DNA of 62,961 bases, filler included. It is 5 parts of 5 records of this genome, joined end to end, with 100 filler letters (N's around TTAATTAATTAA, not from the genome) between each part and the next. Parts side by side here need not be neighbours in the genome. Positions count along the whole stretch, not along the records: positions 1 to 30,019 come from SRR31156797_6505; positions 30,120 to 40,082 come from SRR31156797_6516; 3 more parts are not named here. One strand, written 5' to 3'. Under the pieces are notes generated by a model. That model was given only the letters and a program-made list of their open reading frames with translations, was not told the origin of the DNA and ran no database searches. The stretch's first letter is position 1; each line of letters starts with the position of its first letter. Below are positions 29,838 through 38,695 of the stretch, in pieces. A program made the translations under genes and the position numbers.

Positions 29838-29902
29838 TCTAAGCTTTGCTATAGTGGGTAAAGCAGGGTGGAAACGCCTTCAGCGGGATAATCGGATGAT
29901 TT

Positions 29903-30019
29903 TGTCTCCGACGGCTTAAGGCCGGGGGCCTTAAGAATCCTCTGTCGCCTTCGGCGAAGTTGTTTATAAAAAAATCATTGTTTACGCCTCCCCTCGCGAA
30001 GCGACACAAAAAGTTTAGG
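29903..30019. repeat. REP-like palindromic repeat cluster at the contig end
   Basis: CTTAAGGCC-GG-GGCCTTAAG-type and TCGCC-TTC-GGCGA hairpins plus repeat copy 2; the assembly breaks inside it. Confidence 0.6.
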
Positions 30020-30119
30020 NNNNNNNNNNNNNNNNNNNNNNNNNNNNNNNNNNNNNNNNNNNNTTAATTAATTAANNNNNNNNNNNNNNNNNNNNNNNNN
30101 NNNNNNNNNNNNNNNNNNN
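30020..30119. other. Artificial contig spacer
   Basis: N44-TTAATTAATTAA-N44; six-frame stop linker. Confidence 0.99.
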
Positions 30120-32250
30120 CAAGAACCCTTGCAGAAATCTCCCTGATTTGCCAATCATCATCCTTTAAGGCTTCAATTAGTGTTGATACTGCCTCTTCAC
30201 ATTTTTTGCCATTAATTGCAAGTATTATAAAATCTTGAATTGCTTTTTTTCTATCAAAATCAAAGTTACTCATGGATTTTTCCTGAACTTTTTGAAAAAT
30301 AATACTCTGCATTTGTTTGCTGATCATGCTGGCACTACGAACAGCAAGTGAAAGTTCCTCAGAGGAAATTAATTCACTTACAAACTCATCTGTTTTCATT
30401 TCATTTTCAAACATCTCAGAAGCGAAAACAACAGTCTCCTCCCATTTAGGGTGATGAAAAGCGGGAGTAATATCTTCACCAGCTTCAAAAAGCTCTTTTA
30501 GTTTCTTTGCAGCATAATATTCCTGAAAAGATTGATGGATGCCAAAAGTGACAATGTTGTTTTTTTCTGTTAAAATGCCAAGATTGCAAAGGTCTCTGAG
30601 AATCGTAAGGCCTGAGAACTCTTCGTATCCTTCAATTTTTGCATATTTATATGCAATTTTGATAACGTTTGCTTTATCACCATAAACATTATTTTCAGTC
30701 TGGAATGCAAAAAATATTCCTGAAAGGGCTTTGTCAAGTTGTTCTTTTTCTGCTTTAATTTTAACTCTTCTTTCTGTACTTTTTGTATTGTGCTCAAAAA
30801 GGTCTTCTATGAAAAGCTTATAAATCTCTGCTTTTGTTGAAGGTATCTCTTTGTTTGCCACATATCGAGACTCTGCAACAAGGACAAACATTTTTAGCAT
30901 CATTGGATTTCTGAGGTTTGTTCCTCTTTTTAGATATTCAAAGACAGTTCTCTCTATCATTGATTGAATACGCTGGTCTTGAAGTACATTTTTTATGAAA
31001 CATTTTATTTTATCATCATCAAGGGGTCTTATTTCGGCCTTTTTCTTATCGATGTTTGTGCCAATGTCCAGTTTATTATAAAATCCCGGTCTGGATGTAA
31101 TAATAAATTTTGATTTTTTGTTTAAAAGAATAAACTCTGATATTTTGACATATGGATCATAGTTGTCCTGTATCGTAAGCAAATCCAGTCCATCTATCAG
31201 GAATAATGGTTTTTTATGCTCAATAATTTTTTCAAGGATGCTTTGATTTAGTTCTGAGTAAATATTTAACTTCGCAATTATATAATCTTTAAAATCATGC
31301 TTTCCAGAAGCAGAACATGTGTTCAAATCAACATATATAGGTATGAGCTCTTCCTCTCCCGCTAAATATTTCTTGGCATATTCAGCAGCAATCCATCGAA
31401 GCGTTGTCGTTTTCCCGGAGCCAGAAGGTCCATGAATGATGAATATGTTTTCTTTATTAACAAGTTCTGTGGCTTCAATTTCTTCTTCTTCAGAAATCAG
31501 ATTATCTAACTTTTTGATTTGTTCTTTTTTGAGGACAGAAACTTCGGTATAGACATCTACAATATCAAAAATGTCATTTTCAAGGATACTTTCGAGATAG
31601 ATTTTGATTTCTTGTTCTAAATTTGGTAGGAGCTTAAGCTCATTGTTCTTTGATTTAGATTCTTTCAACGCATTGATTTGTCGAGTCAGCATTGAGTATT
31701 CAGGACTAGGATTTTTTTGTAGCACTTGCATGTACCCACAGTCAATAACATCAAACAGAATATCTGCAAATTGCTGCGCTTTTGTATCATAAAAGCCGGT
31801 GTATTCAGTAAAATTAGCAATGAACTCATTTCGTATTTCTTCGAAGTTTTTATTTTCAGTTTTTGGATGATATGTGTATAATTGATTAAAAAGTTCTTCA
31901 GCTATAGGAAATAAATCCTCCTTTAGACGTTTATCAAAATACTTACCTAATTCAGGAGGCATATCCGGCCATTTTCCCTTGCATTTTTCTTCAATTATAG
32001 GCTCAAAATCAATATCATTTACTATTTCCTGAGGATATGCATCTCTAAAAACCGCTTTAGTAAGCATGCTTAAAGCTTTACGACTTGCAGAAAATCCCTT
32101 ATCTATAGCAAATCCTTCGTCAATACACATAAAGAAAACCGTCCTTGTTTTACTGCCAGCCTCATAAACAATTCTTTTTTGTACCAACATATCCTGATAC
32201 ATTTTCTCTTCAACAAGAATATTTGATTTGCGAGCAGACATTCCCCCCAA
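30120..32250 (-). CDS. NACHT (STAND) NTPase with C-terminal HEAT repeats, truncated by the contig end
   Basis: GPSGSGKTT Walker A, LFLIDGLD Walker B, IITSRP, NPMML, HQSFQEYYAA; LIEALKDDDWQIREISARVL HEAT repeat. True start may be further downstream. Confidence 0.9.
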
Positions 32251-32481
32251 AATTAAACGTCTTTTTAGGATTTATCAGTAGTTATATTCCATCGACATAA
32301 AATAATTGGTGTAAAACATATTTAAAGATTGTCGATTGTTTCTGTTTAACTTCTAAAAATTATCTTCAACAAACTTGAACATGAAAATATTTGCAAACAT
32401 ATGCCTTTTGCAAACACGCATCATACAATATATATAAGCTTGAAGCATACTGTTTTTAATGAATACTTACAAGGCATCAAC

Positions 32482-32661
32482 ATGACATGGATTGCAACCG
32501 TAGAAATTGAAGACGATAATCTGTTTGCAAGATGCGAACACAATCACCCTAATCTTATCCGCCTTCCTGATAAAAGAAAATCATACTATTGCAAAACATG
32601 CAGTGCTTTGCTTGTTGTCAATCCTAACTATTCTGAACTCATAGAGAACGACTATATGTAA
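32482..32661 (+). CDS. Small zinc-ribbon-like protein (59 aa)
   Basis: CEHNH...YYCKTC; TATATAAG box upstream (about 32429-32438). Confidence 0.55.
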   Translation: MTWIATVEIEDDNLFARCEHNHPNLIRLPDKRKSYYCKTCSALLVVNPNYSELIENDYM

Positions 32662-32685
32662 GTTCTTCTCCTCTGGAAAGTGTAT

Positions 32686-32698
32686 TAAACTTATATAG
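32686..32698 (+). promoter_or_regulatory. Archaeal TATA-like promoter of the portal operon
   Basis: TAAAC-TTATATAG about 24-30 nt upstream of ATG 32722, a spacing consistent with a leaderless transcript. Confidence 0.5.
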
Positions 32699-32721
32699 CT
32701 GCAGCATTCTGATTTCACTGC

Positions 32722-32877
32722 ATGAGTGATACCTGTTCTACATGCACATTTTTCAAACCAACGACAATTACATATGGTTTTTGCAGACGCGGGTCTCCAG
32801 TTGCGAAGGTTGGTTTTCCAGTAGTTCCCTCTGATGAGTGGTGTGGCCAACATGAACCGAGGAGCAGTAAATCATGA
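32722..32877 (+). CDS. 51-aa four-cysteine protein (CxxC...C...WC, HiPIP-like ligand pattern); not in the ORF track
   Basis: Manual translation MSDTCSTCTFFKPTTITYGFCRRGSPVAKVGFPVVPSDEWCGQHEPRSSKS; ATGA overlap with the next gene. Confidence 0.75.
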   Translation: MSDTCSTCTFFKPTTITYGFCRRGSPVAKVGFPVVPSDEWCGQHEPRSSKS

Positions 32878-33071
32878 TAGAATCATATGCAACTGAAGCA
32901 GCTACTTTTCTGATAGGAATTGGTGCAGGCATAGTAATAAGGGCAAAGCTTTGGTGGAAGAACAAGACCGCAGAAGAGAGGAAATCCTTCGTCTACGAGA
33001 TTCTGCAGTCACTGGAAGATGGTAAGATCACCGCTGCAGAAGCAAAGGCTCTGATTAAAAATCACCTGTGA
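32874..33071 (+). CDS. Small viral membrane protein (one TM helix)
   Basis: Hydrophobic TFLIGIGAGIVI segment; GAGGAG RBS; translationally coupled to the upstream ORF. Confidence 0.7.
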   Translation: MIESYATEAATFLIGIGAGIVIRAKLWWKNKTAEERKSFVYEILQSLEDGKITAAEAKALIKNHL

Positions 33072-33078
33072 GGTATCT

Positions 33079-34305
33079 ATGGTCCGTCTGAATGCCACAA
33101 TCAATGGTCCAGATACTAAGCCCATTACTCTCATGGCCTCTGCAGGTGTGAAAAGAACAGACACATCTACCAAGTTTGGAGGATACCAGAAATTTGATAC
33201 CGATAACCGGTTCAAGTATTATCAGCAACTTTCTACCTGCACACCACATGTTTCCACATCTTTGAACAAACTGGCACTTTCCCTGGTAAAAGGCATGCAG
33301 TTTGATGGAACTGGTTCTAAGATCGTTAAAGATTTTGAGCGATGGTCCACTAAGGTCAATTTCCTTGAGCAGGTGCAGACACTTGCCAGACTTCTTTGCA
33401 GGGACGGAACATATGTGGCACTACCCAACGGGAATGCAGAAAATTTCTCCCTGATACCCCTGCTCATGCAGAACACAACTATCCTTCCGGAAGACTTCAA
33501 TGTTGGCGAAATGAATCCGAAGGAGATCCTAACTCCTCCAACCGAGTCCGTTGTTATCAACGAAAGCGACAAGGCTAAAAGAAAGGTTTTGAAGAGCAAT
33601 GATGTGATCTATGGTTCCTACAATGCATGGGATACTGTTCAGAAGGATCCTCTTAAGCGAGATACATATGGCATTTACGGGGCTTCCATGATGGAACCTA
33701 TTGAGCTTAGTATCCGAAACTTGCTGAACATCAACCACGGATACGTTTCTTTTGTTAAGAAATACGGCAATGGAAGGTATCTTATCGACTTCAAGCTCCT
33801 GGAGAAACTGGTAGAGCAGGAGATTGTCAGCATTGAAGATGCACAGAATGTCATAGACGCCTGGCTTGACGAGCACAAGTACCTCTCAGAGAACGAAGAT
33901 ATTGCTGCAGTGGGTCTGGATGTTATTCCTGTTGATGCAAAGGGCTCCCTGGACGTCATGTCATTCAAGAAATCACTGGAAACAGATATCCAGATAGGTC
34001 TGTTGCAGTCTCCACTCAGTATGGGAGATACAAAAGGATCTACCTATGCTGCTGGATATGTCTCCGAAGAAGACCGTATGGTTGTTTTGGAAGGTCTGCA
34101 GCATATTGTCCGGAACATCGCTAACAGTGCTATCAATATGCGTCTTGGGCTCATGAACAAAAAAGAAGATTCTGTGTGGATAGAGTTCGAGGAACTTAGC
34201 CGACCACAGCTGGAATCCCGTGATGTGATAGAGTGGTACAATAGTGGAGTTCTTACAAAAGAACAGCTTCTCAAATGGGGCGGATTCCCTGTGGAAGGAG
34301 AATGA
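33079..34305 (+). CDS. Viral portal protein
   Basis: 408 aa; first large gene before MuF, protease and capsid; LLCRDGTY, YGIYGASMMEP, PLSMGDTKGSTYA, VWIEFEEL fit a portal layout; GAGGT RBS. Confidence 0.78.
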   Translation: MVRLNATINGPDTKPITLMASAGVKRTDTSTKFGGYQKFDTDNRFKYYQQLSTCTPHVSTSLNKLALSLVKGMQFDGTGSKIVKDFERWSTKVNFLEQVQTLARLLCRDGTYVALPNGNAENFSLIPLLMQNTTILPEDFNVGEMNPKEILTPPTESVVINESDKAKRKVLKSNDVIYGSYNAWDTVQKDPLKRDTYGIYGASMMEPIELSIRNLLNINHGYVSFVKKYGNGRYLIDFKLLEKLVEQEIVSIEDAQNVIDAWLDEHKYLSENEDIAAVGLDVIPVDAKGSLDVMSFKKSLETDIQIGLLQSPLSMGDTKGSTYAAGYVSEEDRMVVLEGLQHIVRNIANSAINMRLGLMNKKEDSVWIEFEELSRPQLESRDVIEWYNSGVLTKEQLLKWGGFPVEGE

Positions 34306-34314
34306 GCAGGTGAT

Positions 34315-35202
34315 ATGACGTCACTGCTGAAATCTCCAGAATTGGTTCGGGTCGAGAAGCGGCTCATCTTGCTTTTTGAACGCACCTTGAAGAGAGCATT
34401 CGGATTAAATACCGTGGACTATAAGCGAGAACTTTTCCGCAATGTCCACAGAGAATTTGGCTCCAAGACCTACGTGAATCAACTGGACAATATCATCACT
34501 AAGATCATCAAACAATCTTTACTGTACGCCGATAAACAACTTAAGGAGATTTCTGCGGCTGCAATCGAAGATTCATACGTACTAACAGAAGAAGCTGTGA
34601 GGATATCCACAGAGCTGGCAGATAATGTTGTAGAATCTATCGTCCAGATGCTCAAAGATGAAGCAATCTATACCACACATCCCAACCAACTGGCCAAAAG
34701 GCTAACAGAACTCTGGGAAGGAGAGCGATACAAGGCAGTTAGATTTGCCAGGACCTTCACTGCAGATGTCGCTACAAACACAACTGTGTACCGGTATCGT
34801 CAGCGTGGAGTTGAATATGTTGAATTCGATGCTGAACTTGATGACAGGACAAGTAATCAGTGCAGGTCCTTACATGGGACAGTGTTCGACACATCAAAGG
34901 GTTCCGTGGACCTGTATCGCCCTCCGCTACATCACAGCTGTCGGAGTGGTCTAAAACCTGTGCTGATTACTCAAAAAATAGATCCAGATGCAGAATTTGA
35001 GAACCGTGACTTTCTTCATCAGATTGATCAGAACGGTGGTTTCCTTAAGGAATTGGGCGATAAGAAGATTGTGGAGAAAGCCTTTGAAAACATTGACCGG
35101 TTCAATGAGAAATATCGCATATCGCAATTCATCTTGGACAAGGATATTGAAAAGAGGCTAATGATGGAGGATAGTTTGAAGATCCTCATACCCTTCATTT
35201 AA
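34315..35202 (+). CDS. Minor head protein, MuF/SPP1 gp7 family
   Basis: AVRFARTF, DDRTSNQCRSLHG, PPLHHSCRS signature. Confidence 0.92.
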   Translation: MTSLLKSPELVRVEKRLILLFERTLKRAFGLNTVDYKRELFRNVHREFGSKTYVNQLDNIITKIIKQSLLYADKQLKEISAAAIEDSYVLTEEAVRISTELADNVVESIVQMLKDEAIYTTHPNQLAKRLTELWEGERYKAVRFARTFTADVATNTTVYRYRQRGVEYVEFDAELDDRTSNQCRSLHGTVFDTSKGSVDLYRPPLHHSCRSGLKPVLITQKIDPDAEFENRDFLHQIDQNGGFLKELGDKKIVEKAFENIDRFNEKYRISQFILDKDIEKRLMMEDSLKILIPFI

Positions 35203-35354
35203 ACGTAGTACCAATGATTGTTTGTGATTTTCTTTTCATTAACGTCAATAAGGGTACATGTACTAAATAGCCCAAAAATGTAAAGGCTAAATATTATATT
35301 GTTTATCATGTAGATAGGACAAATTTTTGAAATCAAGGAACTGTGGTTGGATAT

Positions 35355-37103
35355 ATGGCAGACATTGAGGTCAAACGAGGCTATGAAGTCCTGCCTGACA
35401 GCAGTGTCAGATTTGGGATAAGGGTAATCAACAATAGCTCTGCTGCTATTTTAGATGTAGAGGTAATTCTCGATTATCCTGAGTCTCTTTTTAATTTGCA
35501 GGATGGAAGGATTCAAAAACTTCAAAATATCCCGGCTTCGAAGGAACGTACTGCAAAATTCATACTGAAACCACTGGGTTGCGTTCATAAAGAATACATC
35601 GATGCCACTGTCAAATATAACGACCCTGAACATTATAAAAAGCATCTTCTCAGCATGCGCCGTAAGGAAATACATTGTGTCTGTCCTTTCCTGCATGCAA
35701 AGTCTATGGGTACAGCTCAGTTTCTGGAACTTTCTTTGGAAGGATATTCGGCAGAAGCCGGCCTGAACTTTGAGGGTGTGAGTGTGGATCAGGCACTGTC
35801 GTTCCTGATGCAGACCTGTACCAATCGCCTGTACAAGGTGGAGGAGCGCTCTGTGGAGGGTGGAAAGATATTGTATCTTTCAAGCGAGTCCCAAGGTGAG
35901 AAGGCCTACTACCTGTTAACCGTCCTGATAAAAGAAGATAAAGGTCTGACACAGGTAATGCTGCGGGCGGTATCTGATAAAACGCATGGTTTGCAGGGTT
36001 TCCTCAATGAGATCGTCTCTGAACTAAAACATCTTGTGAGCACCGTAAAGTCCGCAAGGGAGATTGGTGTCATCAAACATGAAAGGGTCATCAACATCAT
36101 CGATTCTGTTGTTCAGCGCAGCAACTTTTCTGTGGATAGAAGTTTAGGTTCTGTGAATGTGCATGACAGCGTTGTGCAGAGAAGTGAAATAGAATCCTCT
36201 TCAGCAAAGGTCAATATTCAGGATAGTGTGATGCAGCGCACTACGATAAGGGCGGATAATGAAAGGAAAAGGGAAGAGGAAAGACTCAGAAGAGAGCGTG
36301 AAGAAGCCGAAAAGAAGTCTGCTTCTTCTATCAAGAACTCCATCGGCATGGAGTTCGTGTTCATCCCGGCAGGAGAGTTTATGATGGGTTCAGATAAGGG
36401 CGAAGAGGAGGTATATCATTTAATGGAAGGGCCTGTCCACGAAGTAAGAATCGAAAAAGCCTACTACCTAGGAAAGTATCCTGTGACTCAGAAAGAATGG
36501 GTTGCTGTGATGGGTACTAATCCTTCCAGATTCAAAGGTGATAATAATCCGGTAGAACGAGTTTCATGGAACGATGCACAGGAGTTTGTTAAAAAGCTGA
36601 ACGCAAAGGAAGGCATGAATAGGTACCGTTTGCCATCAGAAGCTGAATGGGAATATGCTTGTAGGGCGGACACAACAACAAGATATACATTTGGAGATAT
36701 TAGTAAGTCTGGTTTTGGTATATATGCTTGGTATGATGGGAATTCATATGGTGAAACTCATCCTATAGGTCAAAAGAAGCCAAATCCTTGGGGGTTGTAT
36801 GACATGTATGGGAATGTTTGTGAATGGTGTCAGGACAGGTGGCATTCAGATTATGACGGTGCTCCTAGTGATGGTAGTGCCTGGGAAAATCCTGTAAAAT
36901 CAAAACCTGGAAAAAAGAATGTATTTCTTTCCAAGCTTTTTGGTTCTAATGAAAAAAAGGTTGATTTTGGCTCGTCCCGGGTCCTACGTGGAGGTGGGTG
37001 GAGCAGCAACGCCAAGCGCTGTCGATCAGCATTTCGCATCCGCAGCAACTACCCAGACCGCAGGCGTGATGACTACGGTTTCCGTCTACTCTGGGAAATG
37101 TAA
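35355..37103 (+). CDS. Multidomain protein with C-terminal FGE-sulfatase/SUMF1 (CLec-fold) domain; DGR-target-like
   Basis: NSIGMEFVFIPAGEFMMGS, KYPVTQ, PVERVSW, RLPSEAEWEYACRA, PNPWGLYDMYGNVCEWCQD, RVLRGGGW...GFRL. Confidence 0.92.
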   Translation: MADIEVKRGYEVLPDSSVRFGIRVINNSSAAILDVEVILDYPESLFNLQDGRIQKLQNIPASKERTAKFILKPLGCVHKEYIDATVKYNDPEHYKKHLLSMRRKEIHCVCPFLHAKSMGTAQFLELSLEGYSAEAGLNFEGVSVDQALSFLMQTCTNRLYKVEERSVEGGKILYLSSESQGEKAYYLLTVLIKEDKGLTQVMLRAVSDKTHGLQGFLNEIVSELKHLVSTVKSAREIGVIKHERVINIIDSVVQRSNFSVDRSLGSVNVHDSVVQRSEIESSSAKVNIQDSVMQRTTIRADNERKREEERLRREREEAEKKSASSIKNSIGMEFVFIPAGEFMMGSDKGEEEVYHLMEGPVHEVRIEKAYYLGKYPVTQKEWVAVMGTNPSRFKGDNNPVERVSWNDAQEFVKKLNAKEGMNRYRLPSEAEWEYACRADTTTRYTFGDISKSGFGIYAWYDGNSYGETHPIGQKKPNPWGLYDMYGNVCEWCQDRWHSDYDGAPSDGSAWENPVKSKPGKKNVFLSKLFGSNEKKVDFGSSRVLRGGGWSSNAKRCRSAFRIRSNYPDRRRDDYGFRLLWEM

Positions 37104-37207
37104 TTACTTACTGCTTTACCACTTTACAACTTTATGCGGCCCAGCCCGAGCATGTGCATGCACAAGCCGCACGGCAAGGTGCACAAGAAGCGCCAGAAAT
37201 TTGTATA

Positions 37208-37219
37208 ATCTTTTTATAC
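37208..37219 (+). promoter_or_regulatory. Archaeal TATA-like promoter for the protease-capsid genes
   Basis: CTTTTTATAC about 26-34 nt upstream of ATG 37245; no RBS evident before that ATG. Confidence 0.45.
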
Positions 37220-37244
37220 CCGTTGTATTTGTACTTTAACGCCG

Positions 37245-38231
37245 ATGGCTATAACTATTGAAGGTACTGCATTTCCACTCGGCGAGATAAACAAAAACGG
37301 ATGGGGTATTCCATTTTCTGAAGCAGAGAATGCCATCTCTTCTCTCAAAGGTTCTGTGCTTCGGATTTGCCCACGGGATGCTCCACACGAATGTGACTTT
37401 TCTGAGGATCCCAATGCTGAGATCGGCAGGATTGTCGATGCCTGGCGGGAAGGATCTGAGATCAAAGCAAGAGCAGCAGTAACCGATTCAGTGGCAGAGA
37501 GAAAGATTCAGGATGGGACTTGGGAAAACGCCTGGAGTGTCTATTCTCTGGCAGATTCTATCGACGATAACTGGGCCAGTGGAGTCCAGTCCAGATCCTT
37601 AACTCTTGTCCAGAATCCTGCGTGGGAGCAGGCAACCTGGAACATAACAGCTGCCGAGGAAGGAAAGGTAGCGGTACGTAACATTCATCAATTCAAAATC
37701 ATCGCATCAGGTGATCCTGTGACAGATAACAAAGACAATTCTAACACCGGTGGAGATCCTTCACCGGATGAAAAGCTTGCTGAGCTTGAAAAGGACAATG
37801 CAGCCAAAGATAAAGGCATCGAGGATTTGAAAGCTGCTAAAACAGAACTTGAAACGAAGGTAGATGACCTCGAAAAAGTGGTGGCTTCCTATGAAAAGGA
37901 TAAGGCTGTATCCGTCCCCCTGGAAAAGGTGCAGGAACTGGTGGCAAGCAAAGCGGACGAGATTGCCACTGCCAAGATCGTAGCATACAAGGAAGAGCAG
38001 AGGAGAGCCAATGCAATGGATAGTCTCACTGCTGCCAGGAAGAATCTGAACCTCGAGACAAAAACAGAAGATTACCAGCATCTGACAGCATCGGATATTG
38101 AGAGACTTGCAGATGATCTGGGAAGTATAAAGCTCGGAGCAACGGCTGAGAATGTCAAATATCCTAGCTCAACAGGCATGGGTACCGTAGGTAGATGGGA
38201 CAGCACCAAGAATGAATGGGTGGTGGAATAA
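37245..38231 (+). CDS. Prohead protease / scaffold fusion
   Basis: N-terminal domain INKNGW...IGRIVDAW...WSVYS...LTLVQNPAW; C-terminal coiled coil; position before the decoration and capsid genes. Confidence 0.75.
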   Translation: MAITIEGTAFPLGEINKNGWGIPFSEAENAISSLKGSVLRICPRDAPHECDFSEDPNAEIGRIVDAWREGSEIKARAAVTDSVAERKIQDGTWENAWSVYSLADSIDDNWASGVQSRSLTLVQNPAWEQATWNITAAEEGKVAVRNIHQFKIIASGDPVTDNKDNSNTGGDPSPDEKLAELEKDNAAKDKGIEDLKAAKTELETKVDDLEKVVASYEKDKAVSVPLEKVQELVASKADEIATAKIVAYKEEQRRANAMDSLTAARKNLNLETKTEDYQHLTASDIERLADDLGSIKLGATAENVKYPSSTGMGTVGRWDSTKNEWVVE

Positions 38232-38686
38232 TGGCATACTCAGGTGTTGTGAAACCGGCAAACAAAATAGTAGCCGGTGGTAAGCCTCTAGAACAGGAAC
38301 TTAAGATCGAAACTGCCACGAACATGTACCCTGGTCGACTGGTCAAGAAAGGTACCAACGATGACGATATGGTAGTTAACACCGCAGCCGGAGCGACACT
38401 GGGTTGGCTTGGGTATGAGCAGACAAATCCTGCATTTATGCCCACAGATGTGGATACCATCTACGCACAGGATGACATGGCCGCTGTTCTCTATGGAGGC
38501 GGTTTCCTGATCGTTGGCAGACTTGCATCGGGCCAGAACGTAACCAAAAGTGCACGTCTTAAGGCAGCTGCAAATGGAGAACTTGCAGCAGGTATTGTTG
38601 GAACAGACGAGATCGTGGCAATCGCTGAGGAATCAGTGGATGCAACATCCGCAGCTGCAGATATCGTGGTACTGAGTCTCATATGA
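38231..38686 (+). CDS. Capsid decoration/cement protein
   Basis: About 150 aa, Gly/Ala-rich (PGRLVKKG, LKAAANGEL, IVAIAEE); lies between scaffold and capsid genes; TAATG coupling. Confidence 0.7.
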   Translation: MAYSGVVKPANKIVAGGKPLEQELKIETATNMYPGRLVKKGTNDDDMVVNTAAGATLGWLGYEQTNPAFMPTDVDTIYAQDDMAAVLYGGGFLIVGRLASGQNVTKSARLKAAANGELAAGIVGTDEIVAIAEESVDATSAAADIVVLSLI

Positions 38687-38695
38687 GGTGATAAA

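Noticed and set aside
30064-30075. TTAATTAATTAA palindrome repeated four times
   Set aside because: Always centred in N runs of identical length; an artificial six-frame stop linker.
35355-37103. Active formylglycine-generating enzyme
   Set aside because: The C-terminal region lacks the catalytic cysteine pair of true FGE, and no sulfatase is nearby.
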